Assembly (NCBI GenBank): GCA_041912555.1
Contig: JAYRMU010000019.1
Coordinates: 9,119 to 73,118, forward strand
Direction of reading: 5' to 3'
DNA: 64,000 nt
From: Thermoanaerobaculia bacterium
GTDB taxonomy: Bacteria; Acidobacteriota; Thermoanaerobaculia; UBA5066; Gp7-AA6
Below the pieces are notes generated by a model that saw nothing but the letters and a program-made list of their open reading frames with translations, was not told the origin of the DNA and ran no database searches. Positions 27,410-40,398 of the stretch are shown here, piece after piece. The position numbers and the translations under genes were made by a program. How positions within the stretch are numbered: position 1 is the first letter of the stretch; each line of letters begins with the position of its first letter.

Positions 27410-28327
27410 GTGGACGCCATCGTGGTCAACCGCGACGGCGGCGGCGCGCTCCTGCGCGCGCTCGCGTCGCTCGAGCGGCAGAACGGCGTGACGCTCTCGG
27501 TCCTCGTCGTGGACAACGGATCGGCCGCCGAGGAGCGGGCCCGCATCGCGCGCGAGGCGCCGGCGGCCCGGGTCGTGGCGTTCTCGCGCAACCTCGGCTT
27601 CGCCGGCGGGGCCAACGAGGGCATCGCGCGGACGCGCGCGCCCTACGTCCTGCTCCTCAACAACGACGCCGTGCTCGAGCCGGACTACACGGCGCGGCTG
27701 GCGGCCCGCCTCGAGTTCGACGGGCGCCTCGCCGCCGCGCAGGGCCTGGTCCTCTCCGAGGACGGCCGCCAGATCGACACCGCGGGCCTCGCTTGGAACG
27801 GGCGGGGCGAGGCGGTCCCGGTCCTTTCGGGGAAGGACGCGTCGGTCGCGCCGCGGGAGCCGTTCGAGGTGTCCGGGGCGTCGGCGACCGCGACGCTGTA
27901 CCGCCGCGAAGCGCTCGACGCCGTTTCCCGGGGCGGCTCGGTCTTCGACGGCGCCTTCTTCGCCTACTACGAGGACGTGGACCTCTCGCTGCGGCTGTCC
28001 CGCGCGGGGTGGAGGTTCGTGTGCGATCCGCGGGCCGTCGCCCGCCACGAGGGCTCGCGGACGGGCCGTCGGACGCCGTTTCGCCGGGCGTTCTGGACCG
28101 CGCGCAACCGCTGGCGCACGCTCTTCCGCAACTTCGAGCCCGGCCTGATCGGGCGCAGCCTGCCGGCGCTCCTGCGCGCCGACCTCGCCCACGCGCGGGC
28201 GCTCGGCTGGACGGGGCTCGCCCTGCCGCTGCTCGTCTGGCCGGGGGTGCCGTGGATGGCGATGACGGCCGGGAAGGAGCCCAAGAGGCTCGACGCGTGG
28301 CCGGGCGCGCCTCCCGCCGCGCCATGA
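27410..28327 (+). CDS. glycosyltransferase family 2
   Basis: GT2 fold motifs (VVDNGS…, DxD-like DNDAV, YYEDVDLSLR). The start is uncertain (no ATG; TTG 27383 or GTG 27410/27422). Confidence 0.65.
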   Translation: MDAIVVNRDGGGALLRALASLERQNGVTLSVLVVDNGSAAEERARIAREAPAARVVAFSRNLGFAGGANEGIARTRAPYVLLLNNDAVLEPDYTARLAARLEFDGRLAAAQGLVLSEDGRQIDTAGLAWNGRGEAVPVLSGKDASVAPREPFEVSGASATATLYRREALDAVSRGGSVFDGAFFAYYEDVDLSLRLSRAGWRFVCDPRAVARHEGSRTGRRTPFRRAFWTARNRWRTLFRNFEPGLIGRSLPALLRADLAHARALGWTGLALPLLVWPGVPWMAMTAGKEPKRLDAWPGAPPAAP

Positions 28328-29319
28328 TCCGCGAGATCACCGCCATCCTCGTGTCCTGGAACGACGCGGACGAGCTGCTGGAGTCGGTCGTCGCGCTCGC
28401 GCAGGCGCGGGCGCGGATCCCGGCCTCGGGCGTCGCGGTGTCGCTCGTCGTCGTGGACAACGGCGGAAGGCTCGCGGCCGGCGCGGTGCGCGGCGCCTGG
28501 CCGGACGCCGAGGTGATCGCCAACCCGGAGAACCGCGGGTTCGGGCCCGCGGCGAACCAGGCCGCCGCCCGGTCGCGCGCCGACGTGCTCCTCTTCCTCA
28601 ACCCGGACACGCGCGTGGAGGGCGATCCGTTCTCGCCGATCGCGCGCGCGTTCGCGGAAGACCCGCGCGTCGCCGCGGTCGCGCCGCGCCTGGTCGAAAT
28701 GGACGGCGCCGCGGCGCCCGCGGGCCCGCTCCGCCTGGCCCCTCCCGCCCGGGAGGACCAGGCGACCTTTCAGCTGCGGCGGCTGCCGTCGCTCGGCTCG
28801 GATGCGAGCGAGCTGCTCCTCGTGGACCACGCGTTCCCGAATCACCGGGGGCGGCGCCGGTTTCGCTACGCGGACGAGGACCGGGACCGCGGCTTCCCCG
28901 TGGAGCAGGCCGCCGCGGCGGCCCTCGCCGTGCGGCGCGACGCGTTCCTGCGCTGCGGCGGGTTCGACGAGCGGTACGTCCCCGCGTGGTGGGAGGACGT
29001 GGACCTGTGCGCGCGCCTGTCCGCCGAGGGGACGATCCTGTACCTCCCGGACGCCCGCGTCCGGCACCGGGGCGGCGACTCGGCCTCGCGCCTGGGCTAT
29101 GCGCGTTTCCTGCCGGCCTTCTACCGAAACGCCCTGCGCTACCGCCGAGAGCACTACGGATCCGCCGCGCGCGCCGCGTACCGCGGTCTGCTGGCCGCGG
29201 GGATGATCCTGCGGCTCGCCCTGCTGCCGTTTCGCCGCGAGGTGCCGCGTCCGCGGCCGGAAGCCGGGCGCGCCTACGGGAAGGTGCTCCTCCTCGCCCT
29301 GGGGCTCGATCGTGCCTGA
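28324..29319 (+). CDS. glycosyltransferase family 2
   Basis: ATG overlaps the upstream stop. Motifs VVVDNGG, LNPDTRV and WWEDVDLCAR. Confidence 0.7.
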   Translation: MIREITAILVSWNDADELLESVVALAQARARIPASGVAVSLVVVDNGGRLAAGAVRGAWPDAEVIANPENRGFGPAANQAAARSRADVLLFLNPDTRVEGDPFSPIARAFAEDPRVAAVAPRLVEMDGAAAPAGPLRLAPPAREDQATFQLRRLPSLGSDASELLLVDHAFPNHRGRRRFRYADEDRDRGFPVEQAAAAALAVRRDAFLRCGGFDERYVPAWWEDVDLCARLSAEGTILYLPDARVRHRGGDSASRLGYARFLPAFYRNALRYRREHYGSAARAAYRGLLAAGMILRLALLPFRREVPRPRPEAGRAYGKVLLLALGLDRA

Positions 29320-30274
29320 CGTTTCGATCGTCGTCGTCTCGAAGGACAGCGCGGACGACCTGCCGGTCTCGCTCGCCTCCGCGGTCGCGCAGCGGGGCGT
29401 TTCGCTCGAGACCGTCCTCGTCGACAACGCCTCGACGGACGCGTCGCGCGAGGTGGCCGGGAGGTTCGGCGGCGCGGTCCGTCTCGTCGCCCTCTCCGAG
29501 AACGTGGGCTACGCCGCGGGCATGAACGCCGGGATCGACGCGACGAGCGGCCGCTACGTCCTTGCGCTCAATCCCGATTGCCGGCTCGAGCCCGACTTCG
29601 CCGCGATCCTCGCGGGCCGCCTCGACGCGCCCGACGCGGCCGACGTGGGCTCCGCGTCGGGGCGGCTGTACCGGGCCTCGGGGCCGGGCCTCGCGCGGAC
29701 GGACGTCCTCGACTCGGCCGGGATCCGGTTCACCGCCTCCGGCCGCCACTTCGACCGCGGCGCGGGCGAGCCGGCCGCCGGCCGCTACGAGGCCGAGGAG
29801 CCCGTCGCCGGGGCGTCGGGCGCCGCCGGCTTCTACCGCCGCGCCGCGCTCGAGGAGGCGCGCATCTCGACGGGTTTCTTCGACGCCGACTTCTTTCTCT
29901 ACCGCGAGGACGCCGACCTCGCCTGGCGGCTCTCGAAGCTCGGGTGGCGGTGCCTCTACGTCCCGTCGGCCGCCGCGGCCCACCGCCGCCGGAACACGCC
30001 CGAGCGGCGGCGGCAGATGTCGGCGCTGGCGAACCGGCACTCCGTCAAGAACCGCTTCCTGCTGCGGATCAACAACCAGACCGCGGGCCAGTGCGTCCGG
30101 ACGGCGGTGCCGACCTTCGCGCGCGACCTCGTCGTCCTCGGGGCGTGCCTCACGGTCGAGCGCTCGTCGCTTCCGGCGTTCGGGTGGCTCTGGGAGAACC
30201 GGAGGCGGCTCTGGGCCAAGCGGAGGGAGATCCAGGAAAAGGTGGCGGCTAGGCGGAGTTCGCCACTGCGATAG
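29312..30274 (+). CDS. glycosyltransferase family 2
   Basis: Motifs VLVDNAS, LNPDCRL and LYREDADLAWR. Overlaps the upstream stop. Confidence 0.7.
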   Translation: MPDVSIVVVSKDSADDLPVSLASAVAQRGVSLETVLVDNASTDASREVAGRFGGAVRLVALSENVGYAAGMNAGIDATSGRYVLALNPDCRLEPDFAAILAGRLDAPDAADVGSASGRLYRASGPGLARTDVLDSAGIRFTASGRHFDRGAGEPAAGRYEAEEPVAGASGAAGFYRRAALEEARISTGFFDADFFLYREDADLAWRLSKLGWRCLYVPSAAAAHRRRNTPERRRQMSALANRHSVKNRFLLRINNQTAGQCVRTAVPTFARDLVVLGACLTVERSSLPAFGWLWENRRRLWAKRREIQEKVAARRSSPLR

Positions 30275-30283
30275 CGTCCCCCC

Positions 30284-31387
30284 GTGCGCATCGGCATTCT
30301 CGGCACGCGCGGCATTCCGGCCCGCTACGGCGGCTTCGAGACGCTCGCGGAGGAGCTCTCGGCGCGCCTGGCCGCGCGCGGGCACGACGTCACCGTGTAC
30401 ACGCGCTCGCGGTACGCGGAGCCGGGGCTCGCGACGCACCGCGGCGCGAAGATCCGGGTGCTTCCGACGATCCCGACGAAGTACCTCGACACCGTCGTCC
30501 ACGGCGCCCTGTCCGGCGTCGACGCCGCCTTCGAGCGGTTCGACGCCGTGCTCGTCTGCAACGCGATCAACGCCGCGTCCTGCTTCCTGCCGCGCCTCTC
30601 GGGCCGGACGCGGGTGGTCCTCAACGTGGACGGCCTCGAGCGCCACCGCCGGAAATGGAGCGCCGCGGGCAAGCTCGCGTACCGCGTCTCGGAGTGGCTC
30701 TCGACCGTCATCCCGGACGCGATCGTCTCGGACGCGCGCGTCATCCAGGAGTACTACCGGACGCGCTACGGCCTCGAGTCCGTGTTCATCCCCTACGGCG
30801 GGGACCTTCCGCAGCCCGCCGGGCGCGCGACGCTCGACCGCCTCGGCCTCGAGCCCGAGCGCTACGTCCTCTACGTGTCCCGCCTCGAGCCCGAGAACAA
30901 CGCCCTGGAGGTCGTGACCGCCTACCGGGACGTCCCGGGCCGCGTGCCCCTCGTCGTGGTCGGGGACGCGCCGTACGCCGCCGGTTACATCGCGCGCCTG
31001 CGGGCCGCGGCCGACCCGCGCGTGCTCTTTCCCGGCGCGATCTACGGCGAGGGGTACCGGGAGCTGCTGTCCAGCGCCGCCGCCTACGTCCAGGCGACGG
31101 AAGTCGGTGGAACGCATCCCGCGCTCGTCGAGGCGATGGGCTACGGCCGCGTCGTGTGCTACAACGCGACCCCCGAGAACGAGGAGGTCGCCGGCGGCGC
31201 CGCCCTCCCCTTCGACGCCCGGGAGCCGGCGTCGCTGACCCGGCTCCTGCGGGGCATCCTGGATGATCCGGCCGGCCACTCCGTATGGAAAGAACGGGCC
31301 AGGGAGCGCACACGAGAGAAATATCGCTGGGACGACGTGGTCGACCGGTACGAGGCCGTTCTTGAAGCGGGGCGCGCCTTCCCATAA
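30284..31387 (+). CDS. glycosyltransferase family 4 (DUF1972-type N-terminus)
   Basis: MRIGILGTRGIPARYGGFET N-terminus, characteristic of DUF1972/GT4. C-terminal GT1-like EGYR…E motif. Confidence 0.65.
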   Translation: MRIGILGTRGIPARYGGFETLAEELSARLAARGHDVTVYTRSRYAEPGLATHRGAKIRVLPTIPTKYLDTVVHGALSGVDAAFERFDAVLVCNAINAASCFLPRLSGRTRVVLNVDGLERHRRKWSAAGKLAYRVSEWLSTVIPDAIVSDARVIQEYYRTRYGLESVFIPYGGDLPQPAGRATLDRLGLEPERYVLYVSRLEPENNALEVVTAYRDVPGRVPLVVVGDAPYAAGYIARLRAAADPRVLFPGAIYGEGYRELLSSAAAYVQATEVGGTHPALVEAMGYGRVVCYNATPENEEVAGGAALPFDAREPASLTRLLRGILDDPAGHSVWKERARERTREKYRWDDVVDRYEAVLEAGRAFP

Positions 31388-31429
31388 CATCGGGCCGGTC
31401 GCTTGGAATCCCGCCCTCGGAAACGATTC

Positions 31430-32863
31430 ATGCTGAAACAGAAGGCCCGCGCGATCGCACTCGGGGTGCTGCTGACGGACCTCGTCCTGACGGCGCTGTC
31501 CCTCCCGCTGGCGTGGGCGCTGCGGCAGGGGCTCCTGAAGTCCCTGTTTCCACGGATCTTCCCGCTACCGCTGCAGCCCCTCGACCAGTATCTGCTCCTG
31601 CTCTTCTTCATCCTGCCGATCTGGGGGCTCCTGCTCGCCGCGGCGGGCTTCTACCGCAGCCACCGGACCCTTCCGCTCGGCGAGGAGATCTGGGGCTCCG
31701 CCCGGGTCGCGTTCGGCGGGACGGCCATGCTCGTCCTGCTCATCTTCGGCCTGAGGCTCGACTTCGTCAGCCGCTGGTTCCTCGTTCTCTTCGGTTTCCT
31801 CGACTTCCTCCTGCTCGCCAGCGAGAAGGTCGCGCTGCGGATGCTCTCGCGCGGCATCCGCGCCCGCGGGTTCAACTTCCGGACGGCGCTCATCGTCGGC
31901 ACGGGGCCCAAGGCCGCGCAGTTCGGCGACTTCCTCGAGGGCCATCCGCACTGGGGATTCCGCGTGATCGGGTACCTCGACGACGACAACGGGGGAGAGA
32001 TCGGCTTCGGAGGACGGTGGCCCTGCCTCGGCCGGATCACCGACATGGAGGCGATCCTGGCGGCGGAGGTGATCGACGAGGTGATCTTCGTCATCGAGAA
32101 GGGCAAGCTCGGCGAGTACGAGCAGGCCCTGCTCGTCGCCGAGCGCTACGGCGTCCGGGCGCACGTCTCGCTCGACATCTTCCCGCACGTCCTCGCGCGC
32201 CCGGTCCTCGAGGAGCTCGACGGGATTCCGCTGCTGACGTTCACGACGACGCCCTCGAACCCGGCCGAGCTCGCGGCCAAGCGGGCGATCGACCTGACCT
32301 TCGCGCTCCTGCTCTTTCTCGTCACGCTGCCGATCCAGCTGCTCGCGGCCCTGGCCGTCCTGGTCACCTCCGGCAAGCCCGTGCTCTTCCGTCAGGTGCG
32401 CTGCGGCCTGAACGGCCGACACTTCACGCTCGTGAAGTTCCGCACCATGGAGCCGGGCGCGGAGGAGCGCCTGGCCGAGATCTCCCACCTGAACGAGATG
32501 ACGGGGCCGGTCTTCAAGGCGACGCACGATCCGCGGCTGACGCCGGTCGGGCGGATCCTGCGGCGCCTGTCGATCGACGAGCTGCCGCAGCTCTGGAACG
32601 TCATCGTGGGCAACATGAGCCTGGTCGGCCCCCGGCCGCCTCTTCCGGAGGAGGTGGCGCGCTACGAGCCGTGGCAGCACCGGCGGCTGAGCATGAAGCC
32701 GGGGCTGACGTGCCTCTGGCAGGTCTCCGGGAGAAGCGAGGTCGACTTCGACCGGTGGATGGCGCTCGACCTCAAGTACATCGACACCTGGTCGCCGCTG
32801 CTCGACCTGAAGATCCTGCTGAAGACGGTCCCGGCGGTGTTGTCGGGACGGGGAGCGAGGTAG
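31430..32863 (+). CDS. undecaprenyl-phosphate sugar phosphotransferase (exopolysaccharide priming transferase, WbaP/EpsB-like)
   Basis: N-terminal TM bundle, central NAD-binding-like loop, and a C-terminal bacterial sugar transferase domain (…LTCLWQVSGRSE…DLKYI…). Confidence 0.8.
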   Translation: MLKQKARAIALGVLLTDLVLTALSLPLAWALRQGLLKSLFPRIFPLPLQPLDQYLLLLFFILPIWGLLLAAAGFYRSHRTLPLGEEIWGSARVAFGGTAMLVLLIFGLRLDFVSRWFLVLFGFLDFLLLASEKVALRMLSRGIRARGFNFRTALIVGTGPKAAQFGDFLEGHPHWGFRVIGYLDDDNGGEIGFGGRWPCLGRITDMEAILAAEVIDEVIFVIEKGKLGEYEQALLVAERYGVRAHVSLDIFPHVLARPVLEELDGIPLLTFTTTPSNPAELAAKRAIDLTFALLLFLVTLPIQLLAALAVLVTSGKPVLFRQVRCGLNGRHFTLVKFRTMEPGAEERLAEISHLNEMTGPVFKATHDPRLTPVGRILRRLSIDELPQLWNVIVGNMSLVGPRPPLPEEVARYEPWQHRRLSMKPGLTCLWQVSGRSEVDFDRWMALDLKYIDTWSPLLDLKILLKTVPAVLSGRGAR

Positions 32864-32891
32864 GTTTCGATCCGCGGCGCCGCCCCCGGGC

Positions 32892-32956
32892 GGGGACGCA
32901 CGTGGGTTTCAGGTTTCTGGTTCAGGTTTCAAGGAGCCCGCCCCCTGAAACCTGAA
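32892..32956. terminator. hairpin between convergent genes (caggtttcaagg…cctgaaacctg with ggtttc repeats)
   Basis: Inverted repeat read in the sequence between convergent gene ends. Confidence 0.3.
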
Positions 32957-32964
32957 GCTTTCGA

Positions 32965-33342
32965 TCAGCGGTTCCCGCCGCCCTCGTCCGGCCCGGCGTC
33001 GGAGGCCTTGTACATGTACTTGATCGAGGCTTTCGGGACGAGCAGGTTCGGGCCGTCGTCGCGGTTCACCTTCAGGCACGCCTTGTCGTACCACTCGATC
33101 CAGCCGTTGAGCTTCTCGCCGTCGTTCAACACGACGACCATCGGCGTCTTGGCCGCCATCTGCTTGAGGTAGTAGTAGCTCTCGGCGTTGGTCTGCTCGG
33201 GGGGGACCTGTTTGCGCTGGGCGAACGAGCGTGTCGGGTAGCGGTCCGCGAGCTCGGCCAGGTTGGGTCGGATCAGCTTGCGGTTCGCGGCAGTCTCGTC
33301 GTCGCTACGGAAGGCACCGCCCGAAGAATTGCGATTGACCAC
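32965..33342 (-). CDS. Sm-like / Hfq-like RNA-binding protein with N-terminal extension
   Basis: The C-terminal segment PMVVVLNDGEKLNGWIEWYDKACLKVNRDDGPNLLVPKASIKYMYK fits the Hfq Sm1/Sm2 pattern ([VI]xxxLxNGxxLxGxI…). Confidence 0.4.
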   Translation of the reverse strand: MVNRNSSGGAFRSDDETAANRKLIRPNLAELADRYPTRSFAQRKQVPPEQTNAESYYYLKQMAAKTPMVVVLNDGEKLNGWIEWYDKACLKVNRDDGPNLLVPKASIKYMYKASDAGPDEGGGNR

Positions 33343-33387
33343 GGCTGTCTCTCTTTGTCCCGGTAAAGGGTGGGACGTCTTGACAGC

Positions 33388-34140
33388 TCAAACAGGCACG
33401 TTCGCCGGAATATTCTGAGCTTTCTTCGGGCCCGCCGCGGCCCGGTCGCCGCCCTCGTCCTCGTAGGCCAGGCAGCACATCAGGCGGCCGCACATGCCCG
33501 AAATTTTGGACGGGTTGAGAGAGAGGTTCTGGTTCTTGGCCATTTTGATGGTTACAGGGTGGAAGGACTTGAGAAAAGTCGAGCAGCAAAGGGTCAGCCC
33601 GCAGGGCCCGATTCCGCCCCGCATCTTGGTCTCGTCCCGGGGCCCGACCTGGCGCATCTCGATGCGGACCGGGTGGGCCATCGCCAGGTCCGAAACCAGC
33701 TTCCGGTAGTCGATCCGCGTCTCGGAAGTGTAATAAACGGTGACCTTTCGGCCGTCGAAGCTCTCTTCGGCCCGCACGAGCTTCATGGCCAGCCGCTTCT
33801 CGTCGGCGAGGGTCCGCGTGTCGCTCAGAAAGCGGCTCTCCCTTGCGACCTTGGCCTTGTACGAGGCGAGATCCGCTTCGCTGGCCACCCGGACGAGCCG
33901 GCGCGAATCGCGCAACTGGCATTGTTTCAGGATCATAGGGCGAAGGTTGACCACCTCGGCGTACTCCATGCCGCCGTCCCCCTCGACGATGACCCGCTGC
34001 TTGCGGGCGACCTCGAGGCCCATGGTGTCGCAGAGGACGCTGCGGCCGTCCTCGTGCTCGTTCATCCGGATGCCGACGTACTGGCCGGGGTTGTATGCGT
34101 TGCCGACCCCGCAACCGCCCCCGCTACCGCAACCGCCCAT
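33388..34140 (-). CDS. PSP1 C-terminal domain protein (RicT/YaaT family)
   Basis: Conserved Cys clusters GIGPCGLTLCCSTFL and GMCGRLMCCL, typical of PSP1/RicT. Confidence 0.65.
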   Translation of the reverse strand: MGGCGSGGGCGVGNAYNPGQYVGIRMNEHEDGRSVLCDTMGLEVARKQRVIVEGDGGMEYAEVVNLRPMILKQCQLRDSRRLVRVASEADLASYKAKVARESRFLSDTRTLADEKRLAMKLVRAEESFDGRKVTVYYTSETRIDYRKLVSDLAMAHPVRIEMRQVGPRDETKMRGGIGPCGLTLCCSTFLKSFHPVTIKMAKNQNLSLNPSKISGMCGRLMCCLAYEDEGGDRAAAGPKKAQNIPANVPV

Positions 34141-34265
34141 GTGAGGACCCCCAAAACCGCGAAATTACCACGGTTCGGCAGGCCTTCCCGGGACCCGGAC
34201 CCCGGGGCTCCGCCGGGAGGCTCGGGAAGGGATGTCCGAACGGCCAGAAAAATGACCTGTCCATC

Positions 34266-34292
34266 TTGACAGGCCGGCTCGAGGTCTATAAC
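34266..34292 (+). promoter_or_regulatory. putative sigma70-type promoter (TTGACA – 15 nt – TATAAC)
   Basis: Hexamers read 35 nt upstream of the ATG at 34329. The spacer is short (15 nt), so confidence is low. Confidence 0.3.
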
Positions 34293-34328
34293 TTTCTTCT
34301 AAATTTCGATCTTGAAAGGCGGATCTCC

Positions 34329-35303
34329 ATGAAGCGTCTCGTCGTGGTCCTCGCGTGCTTCGCCCTTGCGTCGCCGATGCTGGCCGAGAAGAGCCGCCGG
34401 ATAGCGCGGCAGATTTCCAATCCGCTGGCACCGACCGTCGTGACGATCGTCGGGAGCCCGCTGACGATCGACGTCGGAAACGACACCTCGATGCAGGTGT
34501 ACAACACCGCGGTGCCCGGTTCGGGCCAGTACTACCCGCCCGACTGCTCCGCGGGTGAAACCGCCGACTCCGGCGTCTTCGCGTCCATCGGCGGTGTCGT
34601 CTACGGGCCGGATTTCGACAACCATCCATGCGGCTCGGCCTCGAACAGCTACACGGCCTGGACTCCGGTCTCGATGTCTCCCGTGACGGGAACCGGCACG
34701 GCCGGCGACCCGTTCACGGTCGTCATCGTGGCCAACGCCGGCGCCACAGGCGTGGTCCTGACCGAGACGCTGACCTACGTCAACGGCGCCAGCGGCGCGA
34801 CGATCTCCCTCTCCTTCGTGGCTCCGCCGCCGCCGGGACGGCCGGCGGCTCCGAACGCCACCGTCGACGCCTTCGTCGGGTGCGATCTCTATCTGGCGGA
34901 CAGCGACTCTGGATTCTCCTTCGCCAACACGACCGCCGCGGGCGGTCACGGCGCCAGCTCGAACTGCACGCAGCTGCAGTACACGATCTCGTGGAAGGGC
35001 ACGACGCCCGCGACCCAGTACGCGGCCGAGGGCTTTGGCACGATCTGGGACGAGATTTCGGCCGGAGCGCTGAGCAATACGGTCGATCCGACCTGCACGG
35101 ACAACGGCGCCGCCCTCGAGTGGGCAGGCTTGAACGTGGGAGCGGTCCCGGTCGTCATCAGCACGGGCGTGTCGTTCACCGGTCAGGCGATCCCGGTCGC
35201 CGCGGCCGTTCCGGCCCTGTCGACCACCGGCCTCGCGGCCGTGGTTCTTCTGCTTGCCGTGGTGGGTTACGTCCTCGCGAGAAAGTCTTCTCTGGGGGCG
35301 TGA
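34329..35303 (+). CDS. secreted protein with IPTL-CTERM-like C-terminal sorting signal
   Basis: Signal peptide MKRLVVVLACFALASPMLA. C-terminus VPALSTTGLAAVVLLLAVVGYVLARKSS (motif + TM + basic). Confidence 0.55.
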   Translation: MKRLVVVLACFALASPMLAEKSRRIARQISNPLAPTVVTIVGSPLTIDVGNDTSMQVYNTAVPGSGQYYPPDCSAGETADSGVFASIGGVVYGPDFDNHPCGSASNSYTAWTPVSMSPVTGTGTAGDPFTVVIVANAGATGVVLTETLTYVNGASGATISLSFVAPPPPGRPAAPNATVDAFVGCDLYLADSDSGFSFANTTAAGGHGASSNCTQLQYTISWKGTTPATQYAAEGFGTIWDEISAGALSNTVDPTCTDNGAALEWAGLNVGAVPVVISTGVSFTGQAIPVAAAVPALSTTGLAAVVLLLAVVGYVLARKSSLGA

Positions 35304-35435
35304 GGAGGAGGAGCGCGGGCCTGAAAACCCGCGCGCGTTTCGGGGCGGCCGATCGGCCGCCCTTTTCTTTTTGAGCGAGACGCCGTTGCGGGGACGCCGA
35401 GGCCCGCGCCACGAGCGGCCCGGCGGATCGGGAGG

Positions 35436-35758
35436 CTAGCCTTCGTTCTGGAGCAGCCGGGCGAGGGCGGCGACGGTCGCCTCGGGCTCGGCGTCGGCGA
35501 GAGGGACGGCGTGCGGGACCGGCCCGGCCGAGGCGGGCGCGTAGAACGGCGGCGCCCCCGGGTCTTCCTCGCGAAGGATTCTCGCCGCTTCGGCCGCAGC
35601 GGGGCCGCCGAGCAGGAGCACGGCGTCGATGCGCCGGTTGCGCGCGAGCTTCTCGAGGGCGTCCTCGGCGTCGGACGCGGCGAGCACCTCGACCGAGGGA
35701 TCGCGGGAGAACGCGGGAGCGACGTCGTGGGCGGCGCCCCCCACGGCGAGGATCGTGA

Positions 35759-35765
<7 letters not shown>
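35436..35765 (-). CDS. small hypothetical protein (receiver-like alpha/beta pattern, no conserved Asp seen)
   Basis: GTG start overlapping the CAP-protein stop (GTGA). 109 aa. Confidence 0.35.
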
Positions 35766-38486
<2,721 letters not shown>

Positions 38487-38555
38487 CGGCCGGCCGGACG
38501 CGCCGGCCCTCGCGGCCGGCATAGAATCTCCCGACCGATTCCTGAGGAGTTCGCA

Positions 38556-40382
38556 ATGGCCGTGGGAACGAGCCGCAGGAGCTTCCTGAAGCACGCGCTC
38601 GCGGGCGCCGCGGTGGCGCCTCTGGCCGGCCGCCTCGCACGGGCCGCCGCGCCTTCCGGCGCGCCGGCGCGCGCCCCCGGCAGCGGCGTCGAGCCGTTCG
38701 AGTACCAGGGCGTGACGCTGCTCGACGGGCCCCTGCGGGCCCAGTGCTCCGCGATGCGCGACTACTACTTCGCGATCGCCGACGACGACATCCTCAAGGG
38801 CTTCCGGGCGCGGGCCGGCCAGCGGGCGCGCGGCGAGGACCTCGGCGGCTGGTACAGCGGCGATCCGAAGCACCGGACCTGGTGGTCGAACGGGGACACG
38901 TTCAACACCTTCGGCCAGTGGCTTTCCGGAATGGCGCGCCTCTCGCGGGCCACCGGCGACGACGCCATGCGCCGCAAGGCCGTGTTCCTGATGTCGGAGT
39001 GGGGCAACGCGATCGAGCCGGACGGCTGGTTCTTCTACTCGCGGCGTCCGTGGCAGCCGCACTACATCTATGACAAGACCGTCGGCGGGCTCGTGGACAT
39101 GGCGCTCTACGCCGGCCGCCGGGACGCGCTGCCCCACCTCTCGAAGATCACCGACTGGGCCGCCGGGAACCTCGACCGGAGCCGGAAGGTGGACTCGGAC
39201 ACGGAGTGGTACACGCTCTCGGAGAACCTCTACCGGGCCTACGAGCTGACGGGCGACGCGAAGTACCGCGAGTTCGGCGACGTGTGGCGCTTCACCGACT
39301 ACTGGAGGGCCTTCACGGGCGAATCCCCGATCTCGCGCCACGGCCACCACGCGTACAGCCACGTCAACACGCTCTCGAGCGCGGCCATGACGTATCGCGT
39401 CACGGGGGACCCCGAGTACCTGAAGGCGATCGTGAACGCGCACGACTGGCTGCAGCAGACCCAGTGCTACGCGACCGGCGGGTACGGTCCCGACGAGGAC
39501 CTCGTCGCGCCCGACGGCGAGCTCGGAAGGCGCCTCGAGACGACGTTCGCGTCCTTCGAGACGCCGTGCGGCTGCTGGGCGGGCTTCAAGCTCTCGCGGT
39601 ACCTGATCGGGTTCACGGGCGACGCGCGCTACGGCGACTGGATCGAGAGGCTCCTCTACAACGGCATTCTCGGGGCGCTGCCGATGGGGCCGAAGGGCGC
39701 GACCTTCTACTACTCGGACTACCGGATGGGCGGCGGGCGGAAGATCTACCACCTCGACGGGACCTGGCCGTGCTGCTCGGGGACGTACCCGCAGGTCATC
39801 GCCGACTACCACAACGTCCTCTATTTCCGGGACGCGTCGGGCCTCCTCGTCAACCTCTTCGTGCCGTCGCGCGTCGCGTGGAACCAGGCCGGCACCGAGG
39901 TCGTCGTGGAGCAGGAGACCGCGTTCCCCGACTCGGACACGACCGTCCTGACCGTGCGCCCGGGAAGGCCGGCGACGTTCGACGTCAAGTTTCGCGTTCC
40001 GGCCTGGACGCGCGACGCGTCCGTCGCGGTCAACGGCGCGCCCGTGTCCGTCGCGGCGGTCCCGGAAACCTGGGCGGCGATCCGCCGGCGCTGGTCCGCG
40101 GGAGACCGGATCTCGATCACGCTGCCGATGCGCCTCGCGCTCGTCCCGGTGGACCCGCAGCATCCGAAGCGCGTCGCGCTGACGTACGGGCCCGTCGTGC
40201 TGGTGCGCAACGCGGCGCCGCGGCTCGCGCCGCCGCCGGGCGGCGACCTTTCGCAGTGGATCACGCCGCGCGGCGGGGCGCTCGAGTTCACCGCGGCCGG
40301 ACAGCCCCAGGGACCGTTTCTTCCGTTCTACAAGGTGGACGGCGAAACGCCTTACAACATGTACTTCGATCTGACGGCCTGA
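38556..40382 (+). CDS. glycoside hydrolase family 127 (beta-L-arabinofuranosidase-like, DUF1680) with Tat signal
   Basis: Twin-arginine motif RRSFLKH. GH127 Cys-rich region (…CGCW…WPCCSGT…). Confidence 0.7.
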   Translation: MAVGTSRRSFLKHALAGAAVAPLAGRLARAAAPSGAPARAPGSGVEPFEYQGVTLLDGPLRAQCSAMRDYYFAIADDDILKGFRARAGQRARGEDLGGWYSGDPKHRTWWSNGDTFNTFGQWLSGMARLSRATGDDAMRRKAVFLMSEWGNAIEPDGWFFYSRRPWQPHYIYDKTVGGLVDMALYAGRRDALPHLSKITDWAAGNLDRSRKVDSDTEWYTLSENLYRAYELTGDAKYREFGDVWRFTDYWRAFTGESPISRHGHHAYSHVNTLSSAAMTYRVTGDPEYLKAIVNAHDWLQQTQCYATGGYGPDEDLVAPDGELGRRLETTFASFETPCGCWAGFKLSRYLIGFTGDARYGDWIERLLYNGILGALPMGPKGATFYYSDYRMGGGRKIYHLDGTWPCCSGTYPQVIADYHNVLYFRDASGLLVNLFVPSRVAWNQAGTEVVVEQETAFPDSDTTVLTVRPGRPATFDVKFRVPAWTRDASVAVNGAPVSVAAVPETWAAIRRRWSAGDRISITLPMRLALVPVDPQHPKRVALTYGPVVLVRNAAPRLAPPPGGDLSQWITPRGGALEFTAAGQPQGPFLPFYKVDGETPYNMYFDLTA

Positions 40383-40398
40383 ACGGCGGGGGAGAGCC

